Origin: Bacteroidota bacterium | GTDB lineage: Bacteria > Bacteroidota > Bacteroidia > Bacteroidales > JAHJDW01 | Direction of reading: 5' to 3' | Assembly (NCBI GenBank): GCA_043800975.1 | Contig: JAZDMK010000301.1 | Coordinates: forward strand, 1,309-65,308 | DNA length: 64,000 bases | Shown: in pieces, positions 1 to 8,987 of the stretch | How positions within the stretch are numbered: position 1 is the stretch's first letter | Layout: every line of letters begins with the position of its first letter | Notes under the pieces: generated by a model | Database searches by the model: none | The model's input: the letters and a program-made list of their open reading frames with translations, nothing else | What the model was told of the DNA's origin: nothing | Made by a program: the position numbers and the translations under genes

Positions 1-108
1 ATTTATCCGAACTATGAAAGCACACTGAACAATGCCCATTACCTGGAAGCCATCGAACTGCAAGGGCCGGATAACGAATTTGTAAAAGTGTGGTGGGACA
101 AATACTGA
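1..108 (+). CDS. 3' end of SusD/RagB-family lipoprotein (partial)
   Basis: Frame 1 reads IYPNYESTLNNAHYLEAIELQGPDNEFVKVWWDKY*, matching the typical SusD-like C-terminus YP..E...N..Y..A.....D.....VWWD. Confidence 0.8.
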   Translation: MYPNYESTLNNAHYLEAIELQGPDNEFVKVWWDKY

Positions 109-124
109 TTAAAAAAACACAACG

Positions 125-1633
125 ATGATAAAAACATTCAGAACATTAATTTTGTTGACACTATCTGGACTTTTCGCTGTGCAAGGCTTTGCGCAGACCT
201 CTTCGGGAAAAAGTTTTTACGTTGATTATGCGCAGTGGTGCACATTGGGATATCCCAGTATTTACATTAACTGTGGTAATGATGCATCTTTCAATACCGG
301 CAACCAGCTGACGATGGAGGTGTGGGCGAGGGCATACATCTTTGGTGAAAACCGGAAGATCATGGGTAAGATGAGCAACACGCTGAACAACGGATATGTC
401 ATGGGTTTCGAGAACCTGAATATTTACACCGAGATCATGAATCCGGATGCACAGGTGGTGCCGCATGCGGGTACAGGTCCTATGCCTACGGATTCGGCCT
501 GGGTTCACATTGCAACAACCTTTGATGCCAACGGACAAATGGTGAATTATCTGAATGGCGTGAATGTGGGCGAAACAACCGTGTTTCCTCAGTCACCTAT
601 CGCAGCCAATACGGACCCTTTTATCATCGGACTTGCTCCCTGGGATTTGCTGTCGTTCGAATTTGTTGGAAATCTGGATGAGGTTCGTATCTGGAATGTC
701 GCACGCACAGCGCAACAGATCAAGGATGATATGTTTCGTATGCTGAAAGGAAATGAAACCGGACTGGTTGCATATTATAATTTTAATGCCGATACCGATT
801 CGGTTGTACATGATTTTGCTTCGAATACTTTAAACGGAATTTTGAAAAATTCGCAAGCTACCTGTTTCACATGGGCACCTTCATATGCGCCGGTAGGCGA
901 TTCAGCCATGAGCCTGAAAAACGGACTCGCTGCATCCTGGTATGGGAAGGATCCTGACTTGTATACATACGCAATTACGACTAACGGACTCTCTTTAATC
1001 ACAAGTATTCCGGAAAAGGATTTTCAAAAATATGTTTTGTTCGGACACAACAATGGTGTTGGAAAAACCAATGCAGACGCACCTCCCACAGCGCCTCTTG
1101 ACTTTGAACGTATGTCGCGGGTGTGGTATGTGAATCAGGGAGGCGTGTTCGAATCGCAGGTTGTGTTTAATATTCTGGATGGAGCGGGCGGCGGTGCAAC
1201 GCTGACTTCCGCCGGTGCCGATTCACTGTATACACTTCTTGTACGTGACGACAGTACTGGCAATTTCATGCCGATGTATGCCGCAACCACAGTAATGAGC
1301 AACACAGTTCTTTTCGATAAAGTAACACTGCAGGATAAATATTATACGTTGGGTTATTCTTCCAAACGACTTGCGCAAACAGCTGCCATTTCTGAAACAG
1401 AAGGAAAGAAACATACGTTGATTTATCCCAATCCCGTAAAGGAAAATCTGTTTGTAAATGTAACCGATGATTCTGAAATCACATTGTTTGAACTGTCGGG
1501 AAAAGCGGTTTACAACTCTTTTTTCAAAAAAGGGTTGCAGCAGATTCCGGTGCATTCTTTTTCAAAAGGAATTTATTTTATACGCATTCAAACATCTGCC
1601 AACACAGAAACACAGAAAATTGTACTTCAGTAA
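125..1633 (+). CDS. Secreted LamG-like (concanavalin A-like) domain protein with T9SS type A C-terminal domain
   Basis: Signal peptide ending GFA|Q; LamG motifs WVHIATTFD and FVGNLDEVRIWNVART...GLVAYYNF; CTD IYPNPVKE...KGIYFIRI...QKIVLQ. Confidence 0.85.
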   Translation: MIKTFRTLILLTLSGLFAVQGFAQTSSGKSFYVDYAQWCTLGYPSIYINCGNDASFNTGNQLTMEVWARAYIFGENRKIMGKMSNTLNNGYVMGFENLNIYTEIMNPDAQVVPHAGTGPMPTDSAWVHIATTFDANGQMVNYLNGVNVGETTVFPQSPIAANTDPFIIGLAPWDLLSFEFVGNLDEVRIWNVARTAQQIKDDMFRMLKGNETGLVAYYNFNADTDSVVHDFASNTLNGILKNSQATCFTWAPSYAPVGDSAMSLKNGLAASWYGKDPDLYTYAITTNGLSLITSIPEKDFQKYVLFGHNNGVGKTNADAPPTAPLDFERMSRVWYVNQGGVFESQVVFNILDGAGGGATLTSAGADSLYTLLVRDDSTGNFMPMYAATTVMSNTVLFDKVTLQDKYYTLGYSSKRLAQTAAISETEGKKHTLIYPNPVKENLFVNVTDDSEITLFELSGKAVYNSFFKKGLQQIPVHSFSKGIYFIRIQTSANTETQKIVLQ

Positions 1634-1660
1634 AATCAAAATAAACAAAAGAATATCTGT

Positions 1661-3868
1661 ATGAAAAATCTTGTAAAACATTTCGCGCTGCTCATTCTCT
1701 CTCTAGTAAATGTGGCCACATTCGCACAAAACTTTGCACTCGATCTGGATGCGGTGAATGATAAAATTGGTGTGGCCAATTCAACCTCCATCAATCCTTC
1801 TGCTGCATTAACGGTAGAAGCATGGATCAATGCCGACCTCTGGAAAAGCAGTGTGTGGGCGGGAACCATTGTGGGCAAGCAGGCAACTTCACCCGATCGG
1901 GGTTATTGTTTAACAGCCGGTGAAGGCGGAAAAGCGGAGTTTACAGTTTCTATCGGTGGTATATGGGTAAGCGCCACAACCCCCGCTGTGATGGGCCTCA
2001 ACTCGTGGTACCACGTGGCCGGTGTGTTTGATGGTTCAACCATAAAAGTATATATCAACGGCGAACTGCAGGTGAGCAATCCTGCGGTGGGTGTTATCAG
2101 TACATCTTCCAATACTATGTACATTGGAGAAAATCCTACCTGGACCGGAAGGTATTTCGACGGTACAGTCGATGAAGTACGCATCTGGAACGTGGCACGC
2201 ACACAGTCGGAAATACAAACTAATTTCATAGCCGAACTCACCCTTCCGCAAACCGGACTGGTAGCTTATTACAAGATGAATGAAAACACCGGCACCTCGG
2301 TGGGTGATGCCACCGGAAACGGAAACACAGGCACCATGCTCAATATGGATCCCGCTACTGACTGGGTTCCCGGATTTGTTGTATCCGCTGCTGATGTCGG
2401 TGTGATAGGTATCGCCAGCCCATCGTTGCTGGGACAAGGATTTACAAACAGCGAAAAGATTAAAGTTGAAATTAAAAACTTTTCTGTATATCCGATCACC
2501 GGATTTCAGGTGAGCTATCGTCTGAACGGAGGTGCACCTGTTACTGAAACTGTGAGCACAACCATTCAGCCTTTTGAATCGTATATCTATACATTCTCCG
2601 GAACGGAAAACCTGCAGGGGCAGGGATCAGCTACGGTGAAAGCATACACCAGCTTTGCTACAGATGTCAATTATGCAAACGATACACTTTCGAATACCGT
2701 CACACAGTCATTGACCAACGTGCTTTTCAATAATCTGCAACACAACTTCGGTTCCTACGGGCAGATCAACCACAACATCTTTTACATGCCCGATTCGCTG
2801 AACGATTATAGTCAGATATTGCTGCATGTAAACCTTACCTGTCCTACCGGAGGCTGCGATCCCTGGGATCAGTTTGCACGTATTTCGTTGCGCAAGGATA
2901 ACGAGAAATGGGAGCTGGCACGTTTCATCACACCTTTCGGAATTGCCTGTGGTGGCTGGACATTCGACATCACCGACTTCCGCGAAAAGCTAACAGGAAA
3001 AGTAGATTTCGAATCATTTATTCAGGTGTGGGGTGCATCGGGATGGTTGCTGTATACGCAGATAGAACTGGTTCCCGGAACACCCACATACAAATATGTG
3101 AAGGTGCAAAAGCTGTGGGATGAAGACAACTGGGTGTATGGCGATCCCGGCATTTCCTATAATCTGCCGGATACATTGATGAATGTACCACCCAACACAT
3201 CGGCTTTAAAAATACGCCTGACCAACACAGGGCACGGACAGGGAAATACGAATAATGCAGCCGAGTTTTTTGATGCAACACACGCAATCAACGTAAACAG
3301 CGCGCCTACTTTCACGCATCATTTGTGGAAAGCCGACTGCGGATCGAACAGTTGCACGGCGCAGGCCGGAACTTACACATACTCGCGCGCCGGCTGGTGC
3401 CCGGGGCAGGATGTGCAGCCCGCGTTTTATGATCTGGCCGGAATGTTCACTGCCGGCGGAACCATCTCACTCGATTATGTATTGCAGTCATACACCAATC
3501 TTTTGAACACCGGATACAACAACGGAAGCCACACCGAACCCTTCTTCCGCGTACAGGGATATCTGGTGGCATATGGAAACAGTCCATTGGTGGAAATGAA
3601 AGGAAACACACTGCAAAGCGTGAAGATAAAGGCATTCCCCAATCCAGCAAAAGACAGGATCACGGTGCTTTGCAACGGAAGCCGCAGCGGAGACTGCGCG
3701 ATTGAGATGACCGACGTTACAGGAAAAACGGTAGTCAGACGATATATAAACAAGCCGGATAACACTTGGAGCGAAGAGCTTCCACTGACAAACATCCCTG
3801 CCGGAATTTATGTGCTGCATGTACAAACACCTGCGGGCGTAGCGACGGAGAAGGTGGTGGTTGAGTAA
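1661..3868 (+). CDS. Secreted LamG + Ig-like + peptide-N-glycosidase F-like protein with T9SS CTD
   Basis: LamG (WYHVAGVFDG, FDGTVDEVRIWN); PNGase F-type motifs CDPWD, ELARFITPF, TGHG, AAEF, SRAGWCPG; CTD FPNPAKD...AGIYVLHV...EKVVVE. Confidence 0.85.
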   Translation: MKNLVKHFALLILSLVNVATFAQNFALDLDAVNDKIGVANSTSINPSAALTVEAWINADLWKSSVWAGTIVGKQATSPDRGYCLTAGEGGKAEFTVSIGGIWVSATTPAVMGLNSWYHVAGVFDGSTIKVYINGELQVSNPAVGVISTSSNTMYIGENPTWTGRYFDGTVDEVRIWNVARTQSEIQTNFIAELTLPQTGLVAYYKMNENTGTSVGDATGNGNTGTMLNMDPATDWVPGFVVSAADVGVIGIASPSLLGQGFTNSEKIKVEIKNFSVYPITGFQVSYRLNGGAPVTETVSTTIQPFESYIYTFSGTENLQGQGSATVKAYTSFATDVNYANDTLSNTVTQSLTNVLFNNLQHNFGSYGQINHNIFYMPDSLNDYSQILLHVNLTCPTGGCDPWDQFARISLRKDNEKWELARFITPFGIACGGWTFDITDFREKLTGKVDFESFIQVWGASGWLLYTQIELVPGTPTYKYVKVQKLWDEDNWVYGDPGISYNLPDTLMNVPPNTSALKIRLTNTGHGQGNTNNAAEFFDATHAINVNSAPTFTHHLWKADCGSNSCTAQAGTYTYSRAGWCPGQDVQPAFYDLAGMFTAGGTISLDYVLQSYTNLLNTGYNNGSHTEPFFRVQGYLVAYGNSPLVEMKGNTLQSVKIKAFPNPAKDRITVLCNGSRSGDCAIEMTDVTGKTVVRRYINKPDNTWSEELPLTNIPAGIYVLHVQTPAGVATEKVVVE

Positions 3869-3891
3869 ATTGAGCTCTTGATATTTGAAAT

Positions 3892-4413
3892 ATGAAAAAA
3901 TATTTTATTCTGATCATTTTTATTTTGTTGCTTCCCTTGGCTCTAACTGCACAGAAAAGCGTTATCCCCGATTGCAGAATCTGGAAACCTGCATCTTTTT
4001 GTGCTGTCCCTGAGGGTGCCCGTCGTTTTTCGATCACCAAGGCTGATACATTGCGTCAAATAACGATTGATTGCAAAAAGCTAGATGAGCAGTCCTGCAC
4101 TGGCGTGTGGCTGAAACTACACAGGCACTATGGAAGAAAGTTTGAACTGAAAAGCGGTTTTAAAAACATTACATTGCAACGCATAGACGGGAGCAAAGTG
4201 CACCCAGTTGCGGTTTGGTGGAATGCCTTCGGCGAATCAGGAAGTGGAAAGGCAGTTTATCTTTCTTCAGCTTTTACAACAAATTCGCTTATCATGAAGT
4301 ATGGCCTTCACCGTACAGCTGATTTAATTATGATATTCCCGCAAGCTTTTCCCGGTGATAAAATCATTATTGACGGTTATGTGGAGGCGGAGATATTGAA
4401 TTTGTTTAGATGA
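3892..4413 (+). CDS. Hypothetical exported protein
   Basis: 173 aa ORF with signal peptide (LTA|Q), 23 nt after the preceding gene. Confidence 0.7.
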   Translation: MKKYFILIIFILLLPLALTAQKSVIPDCRIWKPASFCAVPEGARRFSITKADTLRQITIDCKKLDEQSCTGVWLKLHRHYGRKFELKSGFKNITLQRIDGSKVHPVAVWWNAFGESGSGKAVYLSSAFTTNSLIMKYGLHRTADLIMIFPQAFPGDKIIIDGYVEAEILNLFR

Positions 4414-4429
4414 TTCGATTTTCGGCTAT

Positions 4430-4573
4430 CATCTGTTCGGTCTGTGTTCTCTGTGTTCCAAATTTTAAGACCACTGATGTCGTCTCTTTGAGCCGACCAG
4501 GGACGCTGATATTACAGATTCACACTGATTTTTATCTGTGACCATCTGTTCGATCTGTGTTATCTGTGTTCCA
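4430..4573. repeat. REP-like intergenic element built from ATCTGTGTT-type 9-mers
   Basis: 31-nt direct repeat at 4430-4460 and 4543-4573 (2 mismatches) with degenerate inverse-orientation arms (CTGAT/CAGAT) between them; lies between convergent genes. Confidence 0.75.
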
Positions 4574-4612
4574 TTATTTTATTCTATATGATTTTTTTAT
4601 CATTGGTCAAAC

Positions 4613-5410
4613 CTAAATCAACACATCCATCTTCCTGTATCTCTTTATTCCAAAATAAAAGCAAACTGCACACACAACAAGCGCCGTAATCACGAATTCA
4701 ATCCCGATCGTGCCGGTGGTTGCAATTTCAGCCCCGCGGAACCAAGTGAAAGGGGATAAATACGCCAGCCAACGCACGTTTTCATTTAAAGAAATAATAA
4801 GCTGCATCATATAAAAAAGCATCACGATTCCTGCGGCCAATCCGAACGAACCACGTGATTCGGGCTTGAATGAAATCAGCAGAAATGTGAGGGATCCCAG
4901 TGCCAGTCCGCCCAGCAACCATGCGAGCGACATCATCAGAATGGGTTGCAAATCCACAGCATCTGGAATTATCAGCCGCATACCGATGACAGAAAACAAA
5001 TAGGTGACGATGACTGTAAGTACTGAATATGCAAGCGCAACCGTTAGTTTGCTCAGAATGATATTCAGTCTTTCTCCCGGCAGTGAGTAAATGAATTCGG
5101 CTGTCTTGTCGCGGTATTCCTTGGATACGATGACCGAAAACATGCCGGCTATATAGATGGCGGTCAGCAGGTATATGTTCAGAAACACCATGCCGAAAAA
5201 GCCCATAGGGTTACTGTAATCGATGCCTGCCATGCCAAAAGCGGATTGAAAGTTCTTGGGCATTTTTAGATCCAGTATCTGCTGAATGTCTTTGCCGAAG
5301 CTGGGTCCCAGCGAGATCACATAGATGGCAGTCATTCCGCACACGACTGCTGTTATTGCAAAAGCAAGAAAATTCCTTTTCAGCTCGCGAATGATGATTG
5401 CCTTAATCAT
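4613..5410 (-). CDS. ABC-2 type transporter permease
   Basis: About six hydrophobic segments; SKEYRDKTAEFIYSLP and YLSPFTW motifs; likely start MIKAII at 5410, overlapping the ATPase stop. Confidence 0.85.
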   Translation of the reverse strand: MIKAIIIRELKRNFLAFAITAVVCGMTAIYVISLGPSFGKDIQQILDLKMPKNFQSAFGMAGIDYSNPMGFFGMVFLNIYLLTAIYIAGMFSVIVSKEYRDKTAEFIYSLPGERLNIILSKLTVALAYSVLTVIVTYLFSVIGMRLIIPDAVDLQPILMMSLAWLLGGLALGSLTFLLISFKPESRGSFGLAAGIVMLFYMMQLIISLNENVRWLAYLSPFTWFRGAEIATTGTIGIEFVITALVVCAVCFYFGIKRYRKMDVLI

Positions 5411-6287
5411 GATTTTCGTTTTTAAAATAATGCATGAATACGTTTTCCAAATCCGGTTCTTCAATGTAAACAGAACGCAGCTTACAGCTTGCCAGTTTTT
5501 GCATCAGAAGATTTGTGTCGCCTGAAAACATAAATTGAAGGTGTGTTCCTTCCCGCTCCAGTCCTGCCACACCGGGGATGTTGTAGAACTCTGGCAGTGC
5601 ATCGCTTTCGATGCGCACATGCAGGTAACCTGTTTGAATAAATTCTTCGGCACTACTTTCCTTAATTAATTTCCCTTCTTTTATCAAACCAATGCGTGAA
5701 CAGAAACGCCGTACTTCACCCAGCACATGCGAAGAGTAGAAGATGGTCACGCCCTGCTTTTGTTCTTCGCGCAACAGTTCGTAAAGATTGTTTCTGATCA
5801 CCGGATCCAGCCCGTTGGTGGGTTCATCCATGATGAGCAGCCTGGGTGAATGCAAAAGGGCACAGGCAATAGAAATCTTTTTACGATTGCCGAACGATAG
5901 TTCCCTGAATCTTTTGTGACGGTCTATATCCAGCACCCCACAAAGCTTTTCAATGCGCTCAGGAACATGTATACCATGAAAGCTTTCTGTGAAATGAAAC
6001 AGTTCGTTTACTTTCATGTCAGGATACATAAAAGTTTCTGCCGATACATACCCGCACATTTTTTTGATTTGTACTTCATCTTTTTGCGGATGCAGGTCAA
6101 GCACGCTGATCTCACCTGCATCGGGCCGGATGAAGTTAAGCAGCATGCGAATGGTAGTCGATTTTCCAGCGCCGTTGGGTCCTATGAAACCATAAATATC
6201 ACCTTCGTTCACTTGTAGCTCCAGCCCGTCTATTGCGAGGGTGGTGCCGTAGGAACGGCTTACTTTGTTGATTAAAATTACAGACAT
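5403..6287 (-). CDS. ABC transporter ATP-binding protein
   Basis: Walker A GPNGAGKST, signature LSFGN, Walker B LLIMDEPT, H-loop SSH. Confidence 0.95.
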   Translation of the reverse strand: MSVILINKVSRSYGTTLAIDGLELQVNEGDIYGFIGPNGAGKSTTIRMLLNFIRPDAGEISVLDLHPQKDEVQIKKMCGYVSAETFMYPDMKVNELFHFTESFHGIHVPERIEKLCGVLDIDRHKRFRELSFGNRKKISIACALLHSPRLLIMDEPTNGLDPVIRNNLYELLREEQKQGVTIFYSSHVLGEVRRFCSRIGLIKEGKLIKESSAEEFIQTGYLHVRIESDALPEFYNIPGVAGLEREGTHLQFMFSGDTNLLMQKLASCKLRSVYIEEPDLENVFMHYFKNENHD

Positions 6288-6358
6288 ATTTTCAATCGTT
6301 ATGAATATGCAAGTTACAATTTTTAATAGCTAAATATCGTAATCAACTCGATTATAGT

Positions 6359-6390
6359 TTTGGCAAAAACATGAAAATTCCCTATATTTG
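6359..6390 (+). promoter_or_regulatory. Bacteroidota housekeeping promoter (-33 TTTG / -7 TAnnTTTG)
   Basis: TTTG 6359-6362, 20-nt spacer, TATATTTG 6383-6390; implies a start at ATG 6410. Confidence 0.7.
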
Positions 6391-6409
6391 TTTCTCACAA
6401 AATCAATCT

Positions 6410-6880
6410 ATGGATACACTGATCTTATTCCTAATTGCTGCTGGCATTGCATTACTCTTGTTTGTAATCTACAAATGGTTTCTTACAAAACGTTATCCCG
6501 AAAAGACCAATCAGATGCTGGATTCCATACCTGAGTTGGAGCAATTGGGTTTGAAAAGAAAGCCTGATGGATATGCCGGTATCTGCCGTGGATACTATGT
6601 AAATGTTTATGCTACGACTTCACTGAAAAGGGTTGGATATATGAGTGGCGATAATTTTCAGGTGTGGGTTTCTGTACTCCCTGATGAACAGTTAACTTCT
6701 ATGAGTGGCTTTTTTGGAAAATATATGACTGTAAAAGGGGATGGCTACACCATGATAGGCTTTGTACTGCGATATACGCCCGGGCTGGATAACGAAGAAG
6801 CTATCCAAAATAAATTGATTAGCCTGATAGAAAGCCTGAAAGAAAAAGGAGTGAAGCCCTACCCGGTATCGGGCATCTGA
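6410..6880 (+). CDS. Hypothetical protein with N-terminal membrane anchor
   Basis: ORF 6371-6880; start moved to MDTLILFLIAAG downstream of the promoter motif. Confidence 0.7.
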   Translation: MDTLILFLIAAGIALLLFVIYKWFLTKRYPEKTNQMLDSIPELEQLGLKRKPDGYAGICRGYYVNVYATTSLKRVGYMSGDNFQVWVSVLPDEQLTSMSGFFGKYMTVKGDGYTMIGFVLRYTPGLDNEEAIQNKLISLIESLKEKGVKPYPVSGI

Positions 6881-6900
6881 AAATTTCAAATATTCAGACT

Positions 6901-7101
6901 ATGGAAGAAATTTCAAAAGGAATGTTTGTTAGCGTCGGCAATGATATTGGTGTTGTGGTTATGCTGGAATTCGAAAATGAAACCCCCGAAGATCATCTCG
7001 GAATCTGGTATGGGGAAATGACAGATAAAAACATTCCACTATACAGAAATGTCCCGAAAGAATACTGCATTCCGGTTGAAAAAGCTGAAAGTTATCATTA
7101 G
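6901..7101 (+). CDS. Small acidic hypothetical protein (66 aa)
   Basis: ATG start, co-oriented 20 nt after the previous gene, protein-like composition. Confidence 0.6.
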   Translation: MEEISKGMFVSVGNDIGVVVMLEFENETPEDHLGIWYGEMTDKNIPLYRNVPKEYCIPVEKAESYH

Positions 7102-7114
7102 AATTTCATTCAAT

Positions 7115-7139
7115 AAAAAAAACCGACTTGCATCGGCTC
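7115..7139 (-). terminator. Intrinsic terminator of the nuo operon
   Basis: Minus strand AGCCGA-TGCAAG-TCGGTT followed by a T-run. Confidence 0.65.
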
Positions 7140-7183
7140 TTGTATTCAAATTAACGTTTAATGATTAAACGAATAACGATTAA

Positions 7184-7525
7184 TTAATTCTTAAACGTCC
7201 AGTAATTCGCTTCCGCTTCAGTTTCATGATCCGATTGCTGCAACCAGTAAGCAGGAGAAACTTTTTTTCCTGTTTTGGTTTTTAGTCTGCGTTCATAAAT
7301 ATCAATGATGGGATGAAATAGTATGTCTGTAACGCCCACTACATAAGTAGTAGCATCCCCTTCGTTTTTCTTTTTTTCTTCTTCAACTTTTACTTCATAT
7401 TTATTCAGTTCGAGAAGTTCCTTCAGAAATTGCGCGCGGGCTGCAGTACAGCCTGATTCAGCAATTGAGCAGCGGGTGTTTTCCACCACGCCTGTATTGT
7501 GTTTTCCGTTGTTTAATGTTACCAT
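7184..7525 (-). CDS. Hypothetical protein, last cistron of the nuo operon
   Basis: 113 aa ORF 12 nt after the nuoN stop and before the terminator. Confidence 0.75.
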   Translation of the reverse strand: MVTLNNGKHNTGVVENTRCSIAESGCTAARAQFLKELLELNKYEVKVEEEKKKNEGDATTYVVGVTDILFHPIIDIYERRLKTKTGKKVSPAYWLQQSDHETEAEANYWTFKN

Positions 7526-7537
7526 AACGCTAAAAAA

Positions 7538-8959
7538 TTATACACCAAAACTGATGCTGAAGATGTATTCATAAATCGGGCTGAGCAAACCAATGGCGAA
7601 GATACCAACAATGCAAAGTATAAGAGCTAAGCGTGTGGTGAAGCTGCTTTTGAAGCGTGCAATCGGACTGTCATTTTTGTTGATGAACATTGCTTTCACA
7701 ACCAGCAGATAGTAGTACAATGAAATCGTGGCGTTCAGAACAGCAATTAAAATTAACCAGTAATAACCCACGCTGGCTGCAGATGTGAAAAGGAAAAACT
7801 TTCCAAAGAATCCGGCAACAGGTGGTATGCCAGCCAGAGAAAACAAAGCGAGCATCATCAGCAGGCTGAGATTTGGATTGGTGCGGTACAGTCCGTCGTA
7901 ATCATCCATGTTATCTTTTCCGGTTGCATCATAGATAGCAGAAACAACACCGAAAGCACCGAGGTTTGAAAAGATATAAATCATGATAAAATACACAACG
8001 GTGGACATACCCAATTGGTTTGCACCCATGATCCCGAGTAGTATGAAGCCAGCTTGGGCAATGGATGAAAACGCAAGAAAACGTTTCATGTTTTTCTGCC
8101 GTATGGCAAAGAGATTACCGACGGTCATCGTAAGGATAGCAATTATGTACAGTGCATTTTCCCAGATGTCGATCACATTTTTAAAAACGGTAAACAACAC
8201 AATAGTAAAAATAAATGCAGCGGCACCCTTTGATATTACAGAAAGATAAGAAGTCACATTTACCGGAGCGCCTTCATATACATCAGCTGTCCAGAGGTGG
8301 AAGGGAACCAGCGAAATTTTGAAACCCATACCGGAAATAAAGAACATTAGTCCGAGAACTTCGAGCGATGTGTTGCTGAAGTTAGCTGCGATTTCTGAAA
8401 AATAAATGGATCCGGAAACACCGTAAATCATAGAAATACCAAAGAGCATGATGCCGGACGAAAGAGCAGAAATCAGAATCAGTTTGATACCCGCTTCTGC
8501 CGATTTGTTGCGGTAGCTGTCGTATGCAGCCAAAGTTGCGATAGGAATGGTAGCCAGTTCAAGACCCAGATAAAACATCAGGAAGTCGCCTGATGAAATC
8601 ATAAAGTTCATCCCGATCAGTGTGGAAATAATCAGAATGTAAAACTCGCTGATTTTCCCATCGTTCCCGGGTTTACGCAGCCATGTTGCCGATTGCAGGA
8701 ATACAATCAGAGCTCCGACATTCAGAATGTTTTTTACAAGAACATTCAGTTCGGTTGAACTGTACATTCCGCCAAACATAGATCCGAAGCTGGCAGGTAA
8801 AAAGCCAACGGCAGTCACGATAGTGAAAAGCACAAGGGCAAACGGAATGACAACCTGTTTTTTTGAAGGCTTGACGGCTAGTTCAGCAATCAGTATAATG
8901 AGCATTGCTGCTGTCAGCAGAATCTCATGTCTCATCAGATAAAATTGTTCGAAATTCAT
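7538..8959 (-). CDS. nuoN: NADH-quinone oxidoreductase subunit N
   Basis: GFKISLVPFHLWTADVYEGAP, KRFLAFSSIAQAG, SLAGIPP; operon position. Confidence 0.95.
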   Translation of the reverse strand: MNFEQFYLMRHEILLTAAMLIILIAELAVKPSKKQVVIPFALVLFTIVTAVGFLPASFGSMFGGMYSSTELNVLVKNILNVGALIVFLQSATWLRKPGNDGKISEFYILIISTLIGMNFMISSGDFLMFYLGLELATIPIATLAAYDSYRNKSAEAGIKLILISALSSGIMLFGISMIYGVSGSIYFSEIAANFSNTSLEVLGLMFFISGMGFKISLVPFHLWTADVYEGAPVNVTSYLSVISKGAAAFIFTIVLFTVFKNVIDIWENALYIIAILTMTVGNLFAIRQKNMKRFLAFSSIAQAGFILLGIMGANQLGMSTVVYFIMIYIFSNLGAFGVVSAIYDATGKDNMDDYDGLYRTNPNLSLLMMLALFSLAGIPPVAGFFGKFFLFTSAASVGYYWLILIAVLNATISLYYYLLVVKAMFINKNDSPIARFKSSFTTRLALILCIVGIFAIGLLSPIYEYIFSISFGV

Positions 8960-8987
8960 ATTTCTGATTTCTTTCTGTTACTAAATA

